A DNA stretch of 64,000 nucleotides from Gracilinanus agilis (taxonomy: Eukaryota): NCBI RefSeq assembly GCF_016433145.1, contig NC_058132.1:85812946-85876945 (forward strand). The letters are read 5' to 3'. Positions 1 through 12,200 of this stretch are shown here, one piece after another (position 1 is the stretch's first letter; each line of letters opens with the position of its first letter). The translations under genes and the position numbers were made by a program. Below the pieces are notes generated by a model. It was not told where the DNA came from. It was given only the letters and a program-made list of their open reading frames with translations, and ran no database searches.

Positions 1-889
1 AATCTCCATTTCAAAAATATTTCAAAAGCTGCCTTTAGGAATGATCAATTGGACTCCTAAATACATCAGAATATTTTCTTGACAGTAGAAATCAGTAGAA
101 TGGAATTGTAGAAGTCAAATATTTGGAGTTGTTTTGTTTTTTTTTTGTAAAATATATTCTAAATAGAAGTTGAATCCTCAGTACTGGAGGAAGGAAAGTG
201 TGTGGGAAGAGAGCTAACAATTATCTAGTTAATAGTATATGCAAATAGTGAAGTTGTGAGTTTGTGCTACCACTGGGTGTGAGCATGTGTTGTGAGTGGG
301 CATGTCATTTGGGTGTGAATGCCTGTGCAATTTCAGAATACATTTCAGGCCTCTGAGTATGGATCCTTAGAGGGGTCAAGCTGCCACCTTGAGCAAACCT
401 CCATTTAGGGAACATAAGAGTGATTAATAAGTAAGGGATGTAAAGGTGAGCATTACCAGGCTCTGAGATGAAGCTATGTTTGATACTAATGCCAATCCCT
501 ATGGCATTATTCCAGTATTTGGAACCTTTGAGTCTACAATTCTGATATCTGATTGGCACCATTTGGAACCCCCACATGGAGAAAGAGAACCACCCAGCAT
601 GATAAATGAATAGGCTCAGAGCCAGAGAAAGAGTGTGTCAAGTAATGACTATCATTCATCCTGACTTCTTTCCTCTCTTGTATCTTCCTTTTGCACTCAA
701 CATAATTAAAAAAGAAAATTTTATCGTCCTTAGCATTCATGACTAGCCTTGGATTGTTCTTGGCTTCAATGTTTTTGACACTATTTTTTCTGGCCTCTGA
801 CACTTTTATATCTTTTAATCATGCTATACATTTAAGAAGAATGTATATTTTAGATTGAAGGATGTCTTGTAGGTTCTCTTCAAAGAAGT

Positions 890-1250
890 GAATAATGCTA
901 TTGCTCAAGCTGGTTTCATCATATACCCAGAGGCAACCAGAAAGAACATTTCATGGCTAACTTGTCAGTGTTCTTTATAAGTGTAAACCAACAAATCACC
1001 ATGAAGACAGTTGTAGGTTTTAGAGGATGAAGAAATAGAGAAATCTGTGAAAAAAGAGCTTGACAAGATTGTCTAAACTAAGTCAATGTGTGCTTTGATA
1101 TTTGGTGACTTCAGTATGAGGAAGAACACAGGAGAAAATGGTGGGGAAAATGTGTTGAAAATGGTTCATTTAGGGATAAGAAATAGAAGAAGCCAACTTT
1201 TTGTATTCAAATCAATTAAATAAAGATTTCTCAAGTACCTACTAGAGTTG
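890..1250 (+). mobile_element. Decayed RTE-clade LINE, endonuclease region
   Basis: Degenerate translation resembles the RTE APE domain (GFIIYPEATR, EDEEIEK, LIFGDF). Boundaries approximate. Confidence 0.55.
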
Positions 1251-1302
1251 ACACCATGCTTTATACACTAAGGCACTATGTGGAAGTAGCTTTTTGTACT
1301 TG

Positions 1303-1307
<5 letters not shown>

Positions 1308-1351
<44 letters not shown>

Positions 1352-1370
1352 TAATAATAATAATAATAGA
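1308..1370. repeat. (AAT)n microsatellite
   Basis: Direct reading; accounts for the poly-Leu ORF 1268-1495. Confidence 0.95.
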
Positions 1371-1384
1371 TAACATTTATATTT

Positions 1385-1600
1385 TATGTGAAGCACTGTG
1401 GTAAGCACTATCTCATTGTATCCTCCCCATAGGCCTGAGAGGTAGATACTGTTACCTACATAGGTACCATTTAATAGATGAGGAAACTGAGACAAAAAGA
1501 GGTTAAGAGACTACCCAGGACTCCATAGCTAGTATTTGAACTCAGGTTTTCCTGACTCCTAGCTTGGCTCTCTTCCCACTGTACCACTTAGCTGCCTCCA
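1385..1600 (-). mobile_element. MIR/CORE-SINE
   Basis: gatgaggaaactgagac core, gtatttgaactcagg, ccactgtaccacttagctgcc end. Confidence 0.75.
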
Positions 1601-2829
1601 TATTATAAAAACTTTCTTCAAAAAAAATATTGGAAGATGTTGGACATGGTAAGAATAAAATATCATAAAAAATAAAATGGGCTGTTTTAAGAGAGGAAAT
1701 GACTGATTGCCAATTGAGCACTTATTTTGAAATGAGCTCTCTATTTTAAGTCAAGTCAAGACAATAAGCATGAAGCACTTACTATGTGCTAGGCATTGTG
1801 TTACATACTGGGTGTACTGAGAGAGGCAAAAAACAGTGTTGCCCTCAAGTAGCTTATATTCTAATGGAAGAGATAACATTCAGACAAGTGTGTTCTATCT
1901 ATACAAAATAAAACCAGGTTAAGTTGGGGGTCATTCCAGAAAGAAGGTACTAGCACTGAAGGAGACCTCTTGCAGGTGGTGGATTTGAGATGAGCTTTGA
2001 AGAAAACCAGGAAACAGAGCTGAATAGGGAGAGAATTTCAGGCTCAGGGGACAGCCAGAGAAAAGACACAGATTCTGGAGAGGGAGTGTTGGGCATTCAG
2101 CCAGCATTTATTAAGCACCCACTATGTGTCAGGCACTGTGGTAGATGCTGAGTATACTGCGCCCCCCACCCCCCAAAAAGGCAAGGAAAAAGAAAACAAT
2201 CACTGATCTCCAGGAACTCACAATATAATAAGGAAGACAACATACATTCAACAATGTGCAAACGATATATTCAATAAATTGAGTGCAGTCTCAGAGGAAA
2301 CATGATATCATGAACTGGTCAAAGATGAAAATAAACACCAAATTATTTTAAAAAATGATTAATGATAAGGAGGTGAGGAATTGTAACAGTTCAAATTCAA
2401 TCTGAAAAGACTAAAAAGAAAGGAATGGATAATATAAAAAATGTAGATGCCAATTGTCACCGTTTTGTAGAGAACAAATGGAAACGCAGTTGCCAGAGTA
2501 ACAACACAGAAAGAGCCCAGAAATCATCTCACCAGCAAAGAGTTCGTTTCTTTGATATCACCAAGAATGATACTTAACTCTGATAGATCTCTGAGTCCTC
2601 AATTGTAAAATAAGGGGGCTAGACTAGATGAACTCTAAAGTTTTTTCCAGCTTTAAAATCTATAGTTCTATATAAATATTCCTCTGTAATGATGCAGAGT
2701 GTGATCCTTCCATATTTGCCTATCTTATGTGGCTTTTTTTAATTTTTTAATTTTTTAGAAAAATTTTCCATCCTATGTGGCTTTTATCCACACCCTTCCA
2801 TAAATCCTCTACTTGGCATCTACCCAACA

Positions 2830-3100
2830 TGTTGGAATCGTAGCTCTAGATCTTTGCATGACTGTTGACTGGTCTTCATCTAACTACATGACTAACCCAC
2901 TTTTTTTCTAGTGATTTGTTTCTCTGATAACTCCTTTTATGCCACTCCTGTTGGACAATTCTAAATTTGTAATGTGTTATAAGCCTCTGATATTTACGTA
3001 GGATATGCTTCTCCATTGCCCTTTTGGGGATCCTCAGATTTAATTCTTTGAAACTATGGTATTCCATGATTTGCTGCCAAAAAAATAACACCAAATAATG
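2830..3100 (-). mobile_element. Decayed RTE-clade LINE, 3' end of the RT ORF
   Basis: ORF 2876-3094 ends ...KKWVSHVVR, resembling the RTE C-terminal WAGHVAR motif. Confidence 0.6.
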
Positions 3101-3829
3101 AGTCTCTATTTCAAAGAAAAGTTTATTAGTATAACTTTGTTCAATGGCTAACTATAATACATAATACTGCAAAGATCCAAAAGGTGCAAAACCCAATTTC
3201 TATGTGAGATCCTAAGGGGAATTATCCTTTGGATGAGAGTACCAGCTTCCCATTCCCAGATTCAATGTTCTGGTGCCAGCCTTGTGGCCTCCTAGCCCTT
3301 ACCTCTTGTAGCCCCTAGTAGTGAGAGTGGAACCCAGTAAAATCAAAGCCATAGTCTAGATAAAGCCAAACACATAGCTCACTCCCCAAAATCCCTGCTT
3401 CTACCCCTCCCTGCTGTACTTTGTAGAAACTGCATGTCCTTTGAAGAAACTACTGATGCAAGAATTCTGTGAGAAGAACATACAGTATTCTGTGAGAAGC
3501 TGGGTCACACACTGACATGTTGAATTATCACCTATAGAAAACTGTTCAGAGCCACCTAGGTAATTTAAACCCATTGTTTTCATCCTGTTAATCATTGACT
3601 TCCATTGTGAGTGACCTAATCCCTCTGCCTGATTCAACCCTCTATAAGTATCTACCTGAAATCAATAAACTTGCCACTTGCTTGCCATCAGCCCTCCTGA
3701 GTCCATTGCCATTCTTACCCCTTGTGACCCCCCAACCAGGTGGTTCCTGGTGGTCCTGACAGCCTCTTAAGATTTTCTCAACATAAAAGTACTCATTGGA
3801 AGCTTTTCTTTCTTGGCGTTTAAACCCAA

Positions 3830-5060
3830 TCTTGGAAACCTGTCATAATGTATATGTTCTACTGTTGCCCAGTATATTGAGACATTCAATTCACAATGTT
3901 ACACAGTACAGTGTTATTTAAGAAGAAGAGACTTAACAATTGCCTGCATCAGAAAAAAAAAAGCCTAATATGGGAGATGATGAACATTAGTTCATATTTC
4001 TTCTTTGGAGAACTTTGTTCACATCTTTTGATGACACTTATTAAAGATAACTTCATTATTAGTCATTGCTATCAGTTCTAGTGTATTTTGGGTGTCAGAT
4101 ATTTTATTAGAAATGCTTATTCAGTTTTTCTCAAGCAACATCTTTCTTGTGACTGCACTTATTTATTTGTGTAAAAATTTTGTTCTTGTAGGATGTAAAT
4201 AGTCTGTTTTATCTCATAGTATTTTTTCATGTCACAACTGGTGAGTAAATCTGCTATTCAGAGTTGTGAGAGATGTGCCCTTATTTTTTCATTTTGTGTC
4301 TTTTTAATATTTAGTTCATTCACCCGATGGTAATTTCTGTGGTATATAGTATAAACTGCTCTGCTAAATCCATTTTCCTGTCAGACATCTATCCAAATTT
4401 TTTTCTAGCATTTCTTGTTGAATAGAAAGTACTTTTCCAGCTTAAGAAACACAGGAAGGAGAAAAGTAGCTCTTGGAAAGCAAATGTGAATCTTTTCCTT
4501 TTTGAACTCTTTAGGGTATGAGGCTTAATAATGGTATCATTAAGTCAAAGAGTATGCACAGCTTAGTGACTTTGGGGGCATAATTCCAAATTGTTATTCA
4601 TCCTATTTTAATTAACAAACAAGGGGATGAAATATAATGTAAGTGTAGGCTTCAAATAACACTTGGTATGCGATCCATGTGATATTTGAGACACAGTGGT
4701 AAAAAAGTAGCCTGCTCCTGAGCCAACTAAGCTTACAGAAAGATATGGTGTCAGTATATTAATTTTCTTTTCCGTATAGCAAATATGCATGGTCAAGCAA
4801 AACTTGGACATTTGCATTGTACAAAAATATGTGTGTCTGCAGTTTGGTCCCATCATCTCTCTGTCATAAAGTCTTCATCATGAGTTCTCTGGATTATGTG
4901 GTTGGTCATTTCATTGCTCAGGGTTCTTAAGCCCTTCAAAATTGTTTTTCTTTATAGTGTTGTTGTTTCTGTATCAATGTTCTTCTGGTTCTATATCAGT
5001 TCATAGAAGTCTTCCTAGATTTGTCATTTCTTACAGGAAAGTAGTATTCCATTACATTAG
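3830..5060 (-). mobile_element. Old L1 fragments (ORF2 and 3' end)
   Basis: T-rich antisense L1 texture and a marsupial L1 3'-end-like block at 4880-5055 (tagtattccattacat). Approximate. Confidence 0.5.
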
Positions 5061-5561
5061 CTGAGTACCAGGCAAGACAGCCCCTCTGCCCTGGTTTCTC
5101 TTCTGGTCTTACTTACTTCAAGAAGGCAGCACCAGTGTTGTTCCTAGGCATGCCAGAGGATGCTAAAAAACAAAACAAAACCTTTCTCTTCGATACAAGG
5201 GAAATACTTCCCTGATGTCTCTATCATGAAACAAGCAACAGAAATTTGTGAAGCACCCACTAAGTGGTAGGGGTACAAATGCAAAAGTGAGACAGTCTCT
5301 AGCAGTACCATAAAACATCCAGTTTTCTCAAGAGCTCTTTCTCCTTTTCTGTAGAAGAATAAACTGTAAGAGAATTATTGAATTATCTTACTTATTATTC
5401 AGTTCTCTTACAATTTATATTCTCTTACAATATATATTTGATATGTGTGTGTGTGTACATATATATAATACTGGTTTTTAAGGGCCATCCTAGTAGCACA
5501 CATTTGACAGTTTAGGTTCCGTGTGGACAGTATTGCTTATACCAGGGAGAATGGCTTAGAG

Positions 5562-5727
5562 CAGGAGTCGGCAACGTATGGCTCTTTCTGCAGGAGCCAT
5601 AAAGGCCATTTTTTTCCAGGCGCTGTTACAGGAGCGGCACTGTGAGCACTATACGGCTCTCATGAAATTACATTTTAAAAAATGTGGCGTTTATGGCTCT
5701 CCCGGCCAAAAAGGTTGCCGACCCCTG
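5562..5727. mobile_element. Non-autonomous hAT (Charlie-like) MITE, 166 bp, intact ends
   Basis: TIRs CAGGAGTCGGCAAC / GTTGCCGACCCCTG (13/14 match); perfect 8-bp TSD GCTTAGAG at 5554-5561 and 5728-5735. Confidence 0.92.
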
Positions 5728-6256
5728 GCTTAGAGTGTATGGCCCAGTGGTGATAATTGACTGGCTTCTGACTGCCTGCCAGATGAATCTAGTTGTCCAT
5801 TAATGTAGTAGGCTGGGTCCAGCGATTTCTTGTGCTTTAGTATGAGGAAGAGGTTAGCTTCCTTCAGGTCTCCTGATGTGTGGACAGGAAACCTCCGAGA
5901 CTCTGAGAGAAAGTCCAAAGCACAGTGTCTAGTCCTTTAAAAGTTTTGCCAGTATGAATCAGACATTTACCATTTATGGTAGAGCCCCATGGGGATTTCC
6001 AGTACTTCATTATCTTTTTGACACCCAAGATCCGGAAATTGAGGAGAATTTAGAGTTCTATAAGAACTGGAACCCATGAGAACAGACCAATGTAAAAATG
6101 CTATCTTAGCCTTGTATTAACCAAAGTGTGGAGGCTGATTTAACACATAATGGCTGAGCACACGCAGCCTTTGTACTGGGACCTGAGCTCTGACTCGGGC
6201 CACTTGCCTGACTCTGGGGCTGAGGCCTAGGTCTCTCCTGCTCCCTTTTCTCCCAG

Positions 6257-9200
6257 GCCCTGGCTCAGAGCTCTTCTTGCTACACCCTCACTCTGGAGAG
6301 CTGAGCACAGCCGGACCCCTGAGCCGTTTGGAGAGACCCCACTATGTGCTGACAGTGAATGCTCAGGACCAGGGAAGCCCTCCCAGAAGCACCAGTCTCC
6401 AGCTGCTCCTGCAGGTACCTGAGCCACCAGAGTTCCCCAAACCTCAGACCTCAAAGCTTCCATTTCCCCAATTCCAAATCCCCTTTTGCCAACCTCAAAC
6501 CTTCCGTCCCCCAATTTCAAATCCCAATTTCTTCATCATTTCTAGTTCCTCCTAACTTCCCCAATGTGTCATTCTTAACCTCATGCCTACCTCATCTCAG
6601 CTCCAGATCTTCCCAAACAACTGTCTCCAAACTCGATGTCCCAGTTTTGCATCTCTCTCTCTTTAAACCCCTTGGGGGCCCCTCTACCCTTAAATCACCT
6701 TCTCTCTTCCCAACCTTACATGCCTCCATCCCCAAACACCCAGCACAAAATCACCTCTCTTGGCAGGTGCTGCCCCGGACCAGATCCCCGGTGGCCCCCG
6801 ATGCCTCAGCAGCCCCAGCAGTGCTGACACTAACAGCAGGAGAGGGGCTTCAGCCAGGCTCCCTGCTGGGATCCGTGGCACTGCCAGGGGCCCCCCAAGG
6901 GGTGCTTACCTACACATTGGTGGGCGGAGGTGACCCTGAGGGCACTTTTGCCCTGGATGCAGCCACGGGCCAGCTGTACCTGGCCAGACCCCTGGACTTC
7001 GAGGCCGGGCCAGCGTGGAGGGCCCTGACGGTGAGGGCCGAGGAGGCGGATGGGGGTGCTCCAGCTTACCCGGCCGGGCCTCGGCTGCTGCGTGTGGAGC
7101 TGCGTGTGGAGGACGAGAATGAGCACGCGCCCGCCTTTTCCCGTGACCCATTAACCCTGGCGCTCCCCGAGAACCCACCCCCCGGCGCGGCCATCTATAC
7201 ATTCCAAGCTACGGACGCCGACGGGCCCGGCCCAAACAGCGACGTGCGCTACCGCCTGCTGCGCCAGTCCCCCCCGGCCCCTGCCCTGCACCTGGACCCC
7301 CGCACGGGAGCCCTCAGCGCCCCCCGGGGCCTAGACCGCGAGACCACCCCAGCCCTGCTCTTGCTGGTGGAGGCCACGGACCAGGCCCGCAATAGCAGCC
7401 TGCGCCGCAGCACGCGGGTCTCGGCGAGGGTCTTCGTGACGGACGAGAATGACAACGCACCGGCCTTCGTCTCGCCCCCTGCGGCCCTGCTGCCCGAGGA
7501 CCAGCCGGCGGGCTCCGTGGCCCTCTACGTGGTGGCCCGGGACCCGGACCTGGGGGAAGCCGCGCGCCTCTCCTACCAGCTCGCCGGTGGCAGCGGCGAC
7601 GGGCACTTTCACTTGCACCCGAGCAGCGGTGAGTGGCGGGTGAGCCGGGAGGGAGAGGCAGGGCCGGGCCGGGGACGAGGCTGTCACCTGAGAACCTGCC
7701 CTCCCTCGCAGGTGCGCTGTCTGTGGCTCGGCCCCTAGACCGGGAGCAGCGGGCAGAACACACCCTGACCGTGGTGGCCTCCGACCACGGCTCCCCTCCT
7801 CGATCGGCCACTCAGCTGCTGACCGTCAGCGTGCTTGATGTCAACGACGAGGCTCCCACCTTCCCCCAGGCGGCCTACCACGTCCGTGTGTCTGAGAACC
7901 GTCCGCCGGGCACCGCTGTGCTCACTCTGCGCGCCACCGACCCCGACTTGGGTACGGCGCGTGCGGGCAGAGGCACACGCGGGGGGACGGAAGCAGGGAG
8001 AGAGGGAGGCGCTGGGCAGTGGAGGACGGGGAGGAAGCGTGGTCGATGGGCCGGGGAATGGGGGACGACAAGGCGGAGACGGAGGGAATGGGACCTCCCG
8101 TGAGGACAGGTTCGGAAGCTAGAGATGAGAAAAGTCCTCTGGCCCCCCTTCCCAAACACACACGCATTGATGTCCTCTCCACCAAGGTGTGAATGGACGA
8201 GTGACCTACGGTGGCGTCTCTGGTGACACCTTCTCCCTGGACCCCAGTACCGGAGTCCTCACGACTCGACGGGTCCTGGACCGAGAAGAGCAGCAGGAGA
8301 TCAGCCTGACTGGTATGAAAACGGAGAGGGATGCTGGACACTTGCATGATGAGTGCGAGGTGTATTCGCGTGGCCCTGAGGCTATAGCAATCATGTCCCT
8401 TCGGGATAGGGAGTATCGCTTCCTTCACCCGAGGCCAGACTCACGGTGTCTGGTTTTCTCCTGGAAGGACTTCACAGGGTGTAGCCCCTGTCCCTGTTGG
8501 GCCGGGTCTCCGACCTGAAAGGGGCATTGAGGAGAGACTTCTTATAATGGCTAGAGGCCGGAGGCTATACAAGCCAAGAAACCGGGGTTCAAGCCTTGGG
8601 TATGCTGTTATCTCCCTCTCTGGGTCTCAGCTTGACCCTTTATCAAATGAGGTGACTGGACTAGCTCTAAGGCCCCTTCTGGCTCTAAAAGTTTTTGACT
8701 CATTTGGAACCAATTTGGGATGTCAAGTGGAAAGGCGGGTCCACGTTTCTTGGTCTGGTCAGAAATTTAGCACAGTTTTGGAGAAAGTACGTGGGAAGAA
8801 AGGACTCTTTTTTTTTTTTAATATTTTATTTTTTAGAAAAATTTTCCATGGTTACATGATTCATGTTTTTACTTTCCCCTTCACCCATAGCCAACGCCCA
8901 TTTCCACTGGTTTTAACACGTGACATCAGTCAAGACTTATTTCCATATTATTGATAGCTGCATTGGTGTGGTAGTTTCAAATCTACATCCCCAATCATGT
9001 CTGCATCAACCCATGTGTTCAAGCAGTTGTTTTTCTTCTGTGGTTCCATTCCTGTAGTGAAGAAAGGACTCTTGAGGATTCTAGATCACTGTCCCTCATA
9101 ACTTCCCACACTGAGTTATGGGGCCAGTCTGAAAAAACAGTGAAATTTCCCTGAAATATCATCCCTACTCCACTTTCCAAACACCCATTAATTAATTACT

Positions 9201-12200
9201 ACCTTCTAAACTAGCATACTGGGACACACATATGCTTCTGGTTTACACTTTACTCCTGCCCCCACCTCCACAAGGCATGCTCTGCTGGCACAAACCAAAG
9301 CTCTGATTATGGGCCCTTTACTAGGTCATGCTCAAATTCATAGAATTTTAGAGTTGGAAGAGACCTTAGCAGCCATCTAGTTTAATCCATACCCCCAAAA
9401 GGAATATACAATATAAAATAACTAAGAAGTCATCCTCTTGACAATGCAAAAACTTTCATCAAGGACCTATGTTCCTTTTTGATGCCTTGATCAATATTTG
9501 TAATGTCAAACAAGATTATCTTTGCTGTTACATCTTTGAAGGAATTTCATAAGATTTTCACTTATCTATGAGATCCTTTTTTGGTAGAGTTCCCTTAAGG
9601 CAATATTTTTTAAATGAAATCAAGTGCTTTTTAAAAATAGTCTACTAAAAAATATAGTGGAATCCCTTTTTTCTTTATATATTTTAGTTGGATGTGACTG
9701 TTAAGATATGATCTGCTATGAAAAAATTATTTGCAGAAGCCTGCCTATTTTCTTCTCACATTTTTATCAAGGAAAATTTTATCAAAAAAAATTTAAAGAG
9801 ATGTTAAATTAGGAATATGAGGCAATAGTTTTTAATCCTCTTTTGGACACTTTTTAAAACAACAAGAAGGTCTAAGATTTTTTTCCAAGACTTTGGTACC
9901 CACTTTCAGATACCTTGAGAATGTTTCTCCCCATGCCTTTAAAGTTTTATTGCCTCTAGCACAAACCTCTAGATTTTGTGTAGCCTAAAGTGTGACACCC
10001 AAAATTTTTATCCAGGCTCTCTCTCTCCCTGGCCAGGGACTGACTTGCTTTTCCCCCTGCATCATTTTTTGACAGGTCACATAGTGGTATCTCCAAAAGA
10101 GTAGCCACATGGTTACAATCCAAACTCTCTCTCAAGGTCCTTGAGGAATCCATGATGAAGAAAGTGATAAACTCCTACTAATTACTGCTATAGTTCCTGG
10201 GCTCCTACCAGCATATTTTCCATTTTTAAAAAATCATTTTAGTTACAATGACACTATTGACTCTTAAACATGAAACATAAAACAATAAGGCAAAAGCAAG
10301 AATAATCAAAATATTTATAGAAAGTAAAAGCAGTAATAATCAAAATAAAGCCATCCACCCATAAGCCAGGGTCACATTCTTCCAGCAATGTACACAGTGT
10401 CTTGGGGAATAGAATGGAAATACATACACATATAGAAACTCAGCAGGGAGACACATGAGTGAGGAAAAGTGAAGTTGCCTCTCTGTTACTCTTGAGCCAT
10501 TAAAGTAGGTTTGGTTTTTTTAAAGCTCTAAAGGCTTTTTTTCTTTTCTTTTCTTTTCTTTTCTTTTCTTTTCTTTTCTTTTCTTTTCTTTTCTTTTCTT
10601 TTTTTTAAAGACAAAGCCATCCTTTACAGGGTACTAAAAAGTGTTATGCTTTTTCAGTAATCAGCAGTTTCCTTAAGCCAGAGAACTAATAAGCTCTCTT
10701 GGATCTGCTTGGGCCTCTGAACAATTTCTTCCTCTCCCTTTAGCTACAGAAAGCAATAGGTCTTTGCGGCCTTTTCTCTGTCAGCTCCCCAAGTACGAGG
10801 ATATTTTCCTTTGCTCCAGCACCTTTCAGCAAAGCTACATCTCTACTCACAGTAAAGCAGATACAAAGCATCTATTTCACCCAATGTTTCTTCCTCTCAA
10901 ACCAGAAAGGTTTTTCTCTCAGACAGTAGCAATAATAAAATATTCCATAAAATTCTGTTTTTGTTGCGCTTGAACACACAATAAAACCAACTCAATCAAC
11001 TCCTTTATTTGTCTCACTGGTAGGGCACTTTTCTTTTATCTGCAACATACTTTGATCTTCTAGTTGCATTGTTAGGGAGAATACCCAGATAGATATAATT
11101 CACTTCCTCTAGCATTATATCTTCTTATCAGTTACTGGACAGGAATATCATATTTAGAATGCCATTAGCTAAGTTCATGTTAAGAAGGTTCAAAAACTGT
11201 GATTCTTAAAATCCTCTGCCTTCTTTTCTGCTACTATTTCAATTTCATTACAGAATTTCTAATTTTCTTTATTTCATGACCAAAAGGTTAATCACCAAGT
11301 GGTCCTTCTGTTGGGGATGAGTTTTTCAATCTTTTTTTAGGCTGATCTTTGGAAAGCCAATATAGTCTAGTGCTGGGACTATCTTGCATGGTAGAACTTG
11401 TCAGAGTTTGCATCGTGCTGTCGTAGTCTTCCAAAGCCCAGGGCTACCTCCACACAATAGTGAGACTTTGTAGAGGTCCACACCCATAGTCACCCACAAA
11501 TTGCCAGAGATATGCTTCCAATCCATAAACCAATGAAGAACTGGGGATTCACACATAGATACCCACAGACATACATGCTGACTCAGAACTTTCAAGCTCC
11601 CAAGGTGTGTCACTTACTAATCACCCTTTACCTTAGCACCCCAAGAAAATGACAAAATAACTCTCCATCCATACTTCATTCTCTGAACTTTTTTCCCACA
11701 GCTCGTCTCTAATGATATTTCTTTCCATTGATTATTAACTAGATGTGTTCAAATTCTATTATAGCTTCAAGGAGGTAATTACTAGTTACAGGTAGCTGCA
11801 CATCCCTTCTGTGTTTCAGTGCTATTGTTTGCCTTTCAAGTTGGGCATTATCAGAGTTCATTAGAATCACAGAATCTTAGAGCTAAAAGGGACTTCAGCA
11901 GACATCAAGTTCAGCCTATACCTAAATAGAAAATCCCCCTCTTGTCTCCTTGACAAGTTGACAGTGAGCCCGTTTAAAGGCTGGCAGTAATGAGAAAGGA
12001 ACTTCCTGCTTACCAAAGCATCCCCATTACTCCTTTTGACAGTTAAGTCTGTTTCATTTCTTAAATGAAACAAATTTTGTTAGATAGCTTGTCTCGTGGT
12101 CTCATTTGATCCACAGAAGCATCTTGTAAGGAAGACGAGAACAAATATGATAATTCCCATTTTGAATATGCAGAATGAAGACCAGAGAGAGCAATGATTT

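Noticed and set aside
1268-1495. Poly-Leu membrane-protein-like ORF
   Set aside because: Translation of an (AAT)n microsatellite plus a MIR.
3400-3785. Possible solo LTR (TATAAG followed by AATAAA, ending ...CA)
   Set aside because: I could not define a TG start or a TSD, so it is not reported as a feature.
1-6256. Search for further upstream DCHS1 exons
   Set aside because: No cadherin-like translation found; the region is TE-rich intron.
6359-6766. N-terminal extensions of cadherin ORFs (also 20464-20521, and 48284-48392 for RRP8)
   Set aside because: Pyrimidine-rich intron sequence that is open by chance; canonical acceptors at 6766, 20521 and 48392 give in-phase joins.
8509-8525. Exact 17-mer TCCGACCTGAAAGGGGC repeated at 24369-24385
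   Set aside because: About 0.1 such matches are expected by chance in 64 kb (n^2/2 over 4^17), and flanking similarity is weak.
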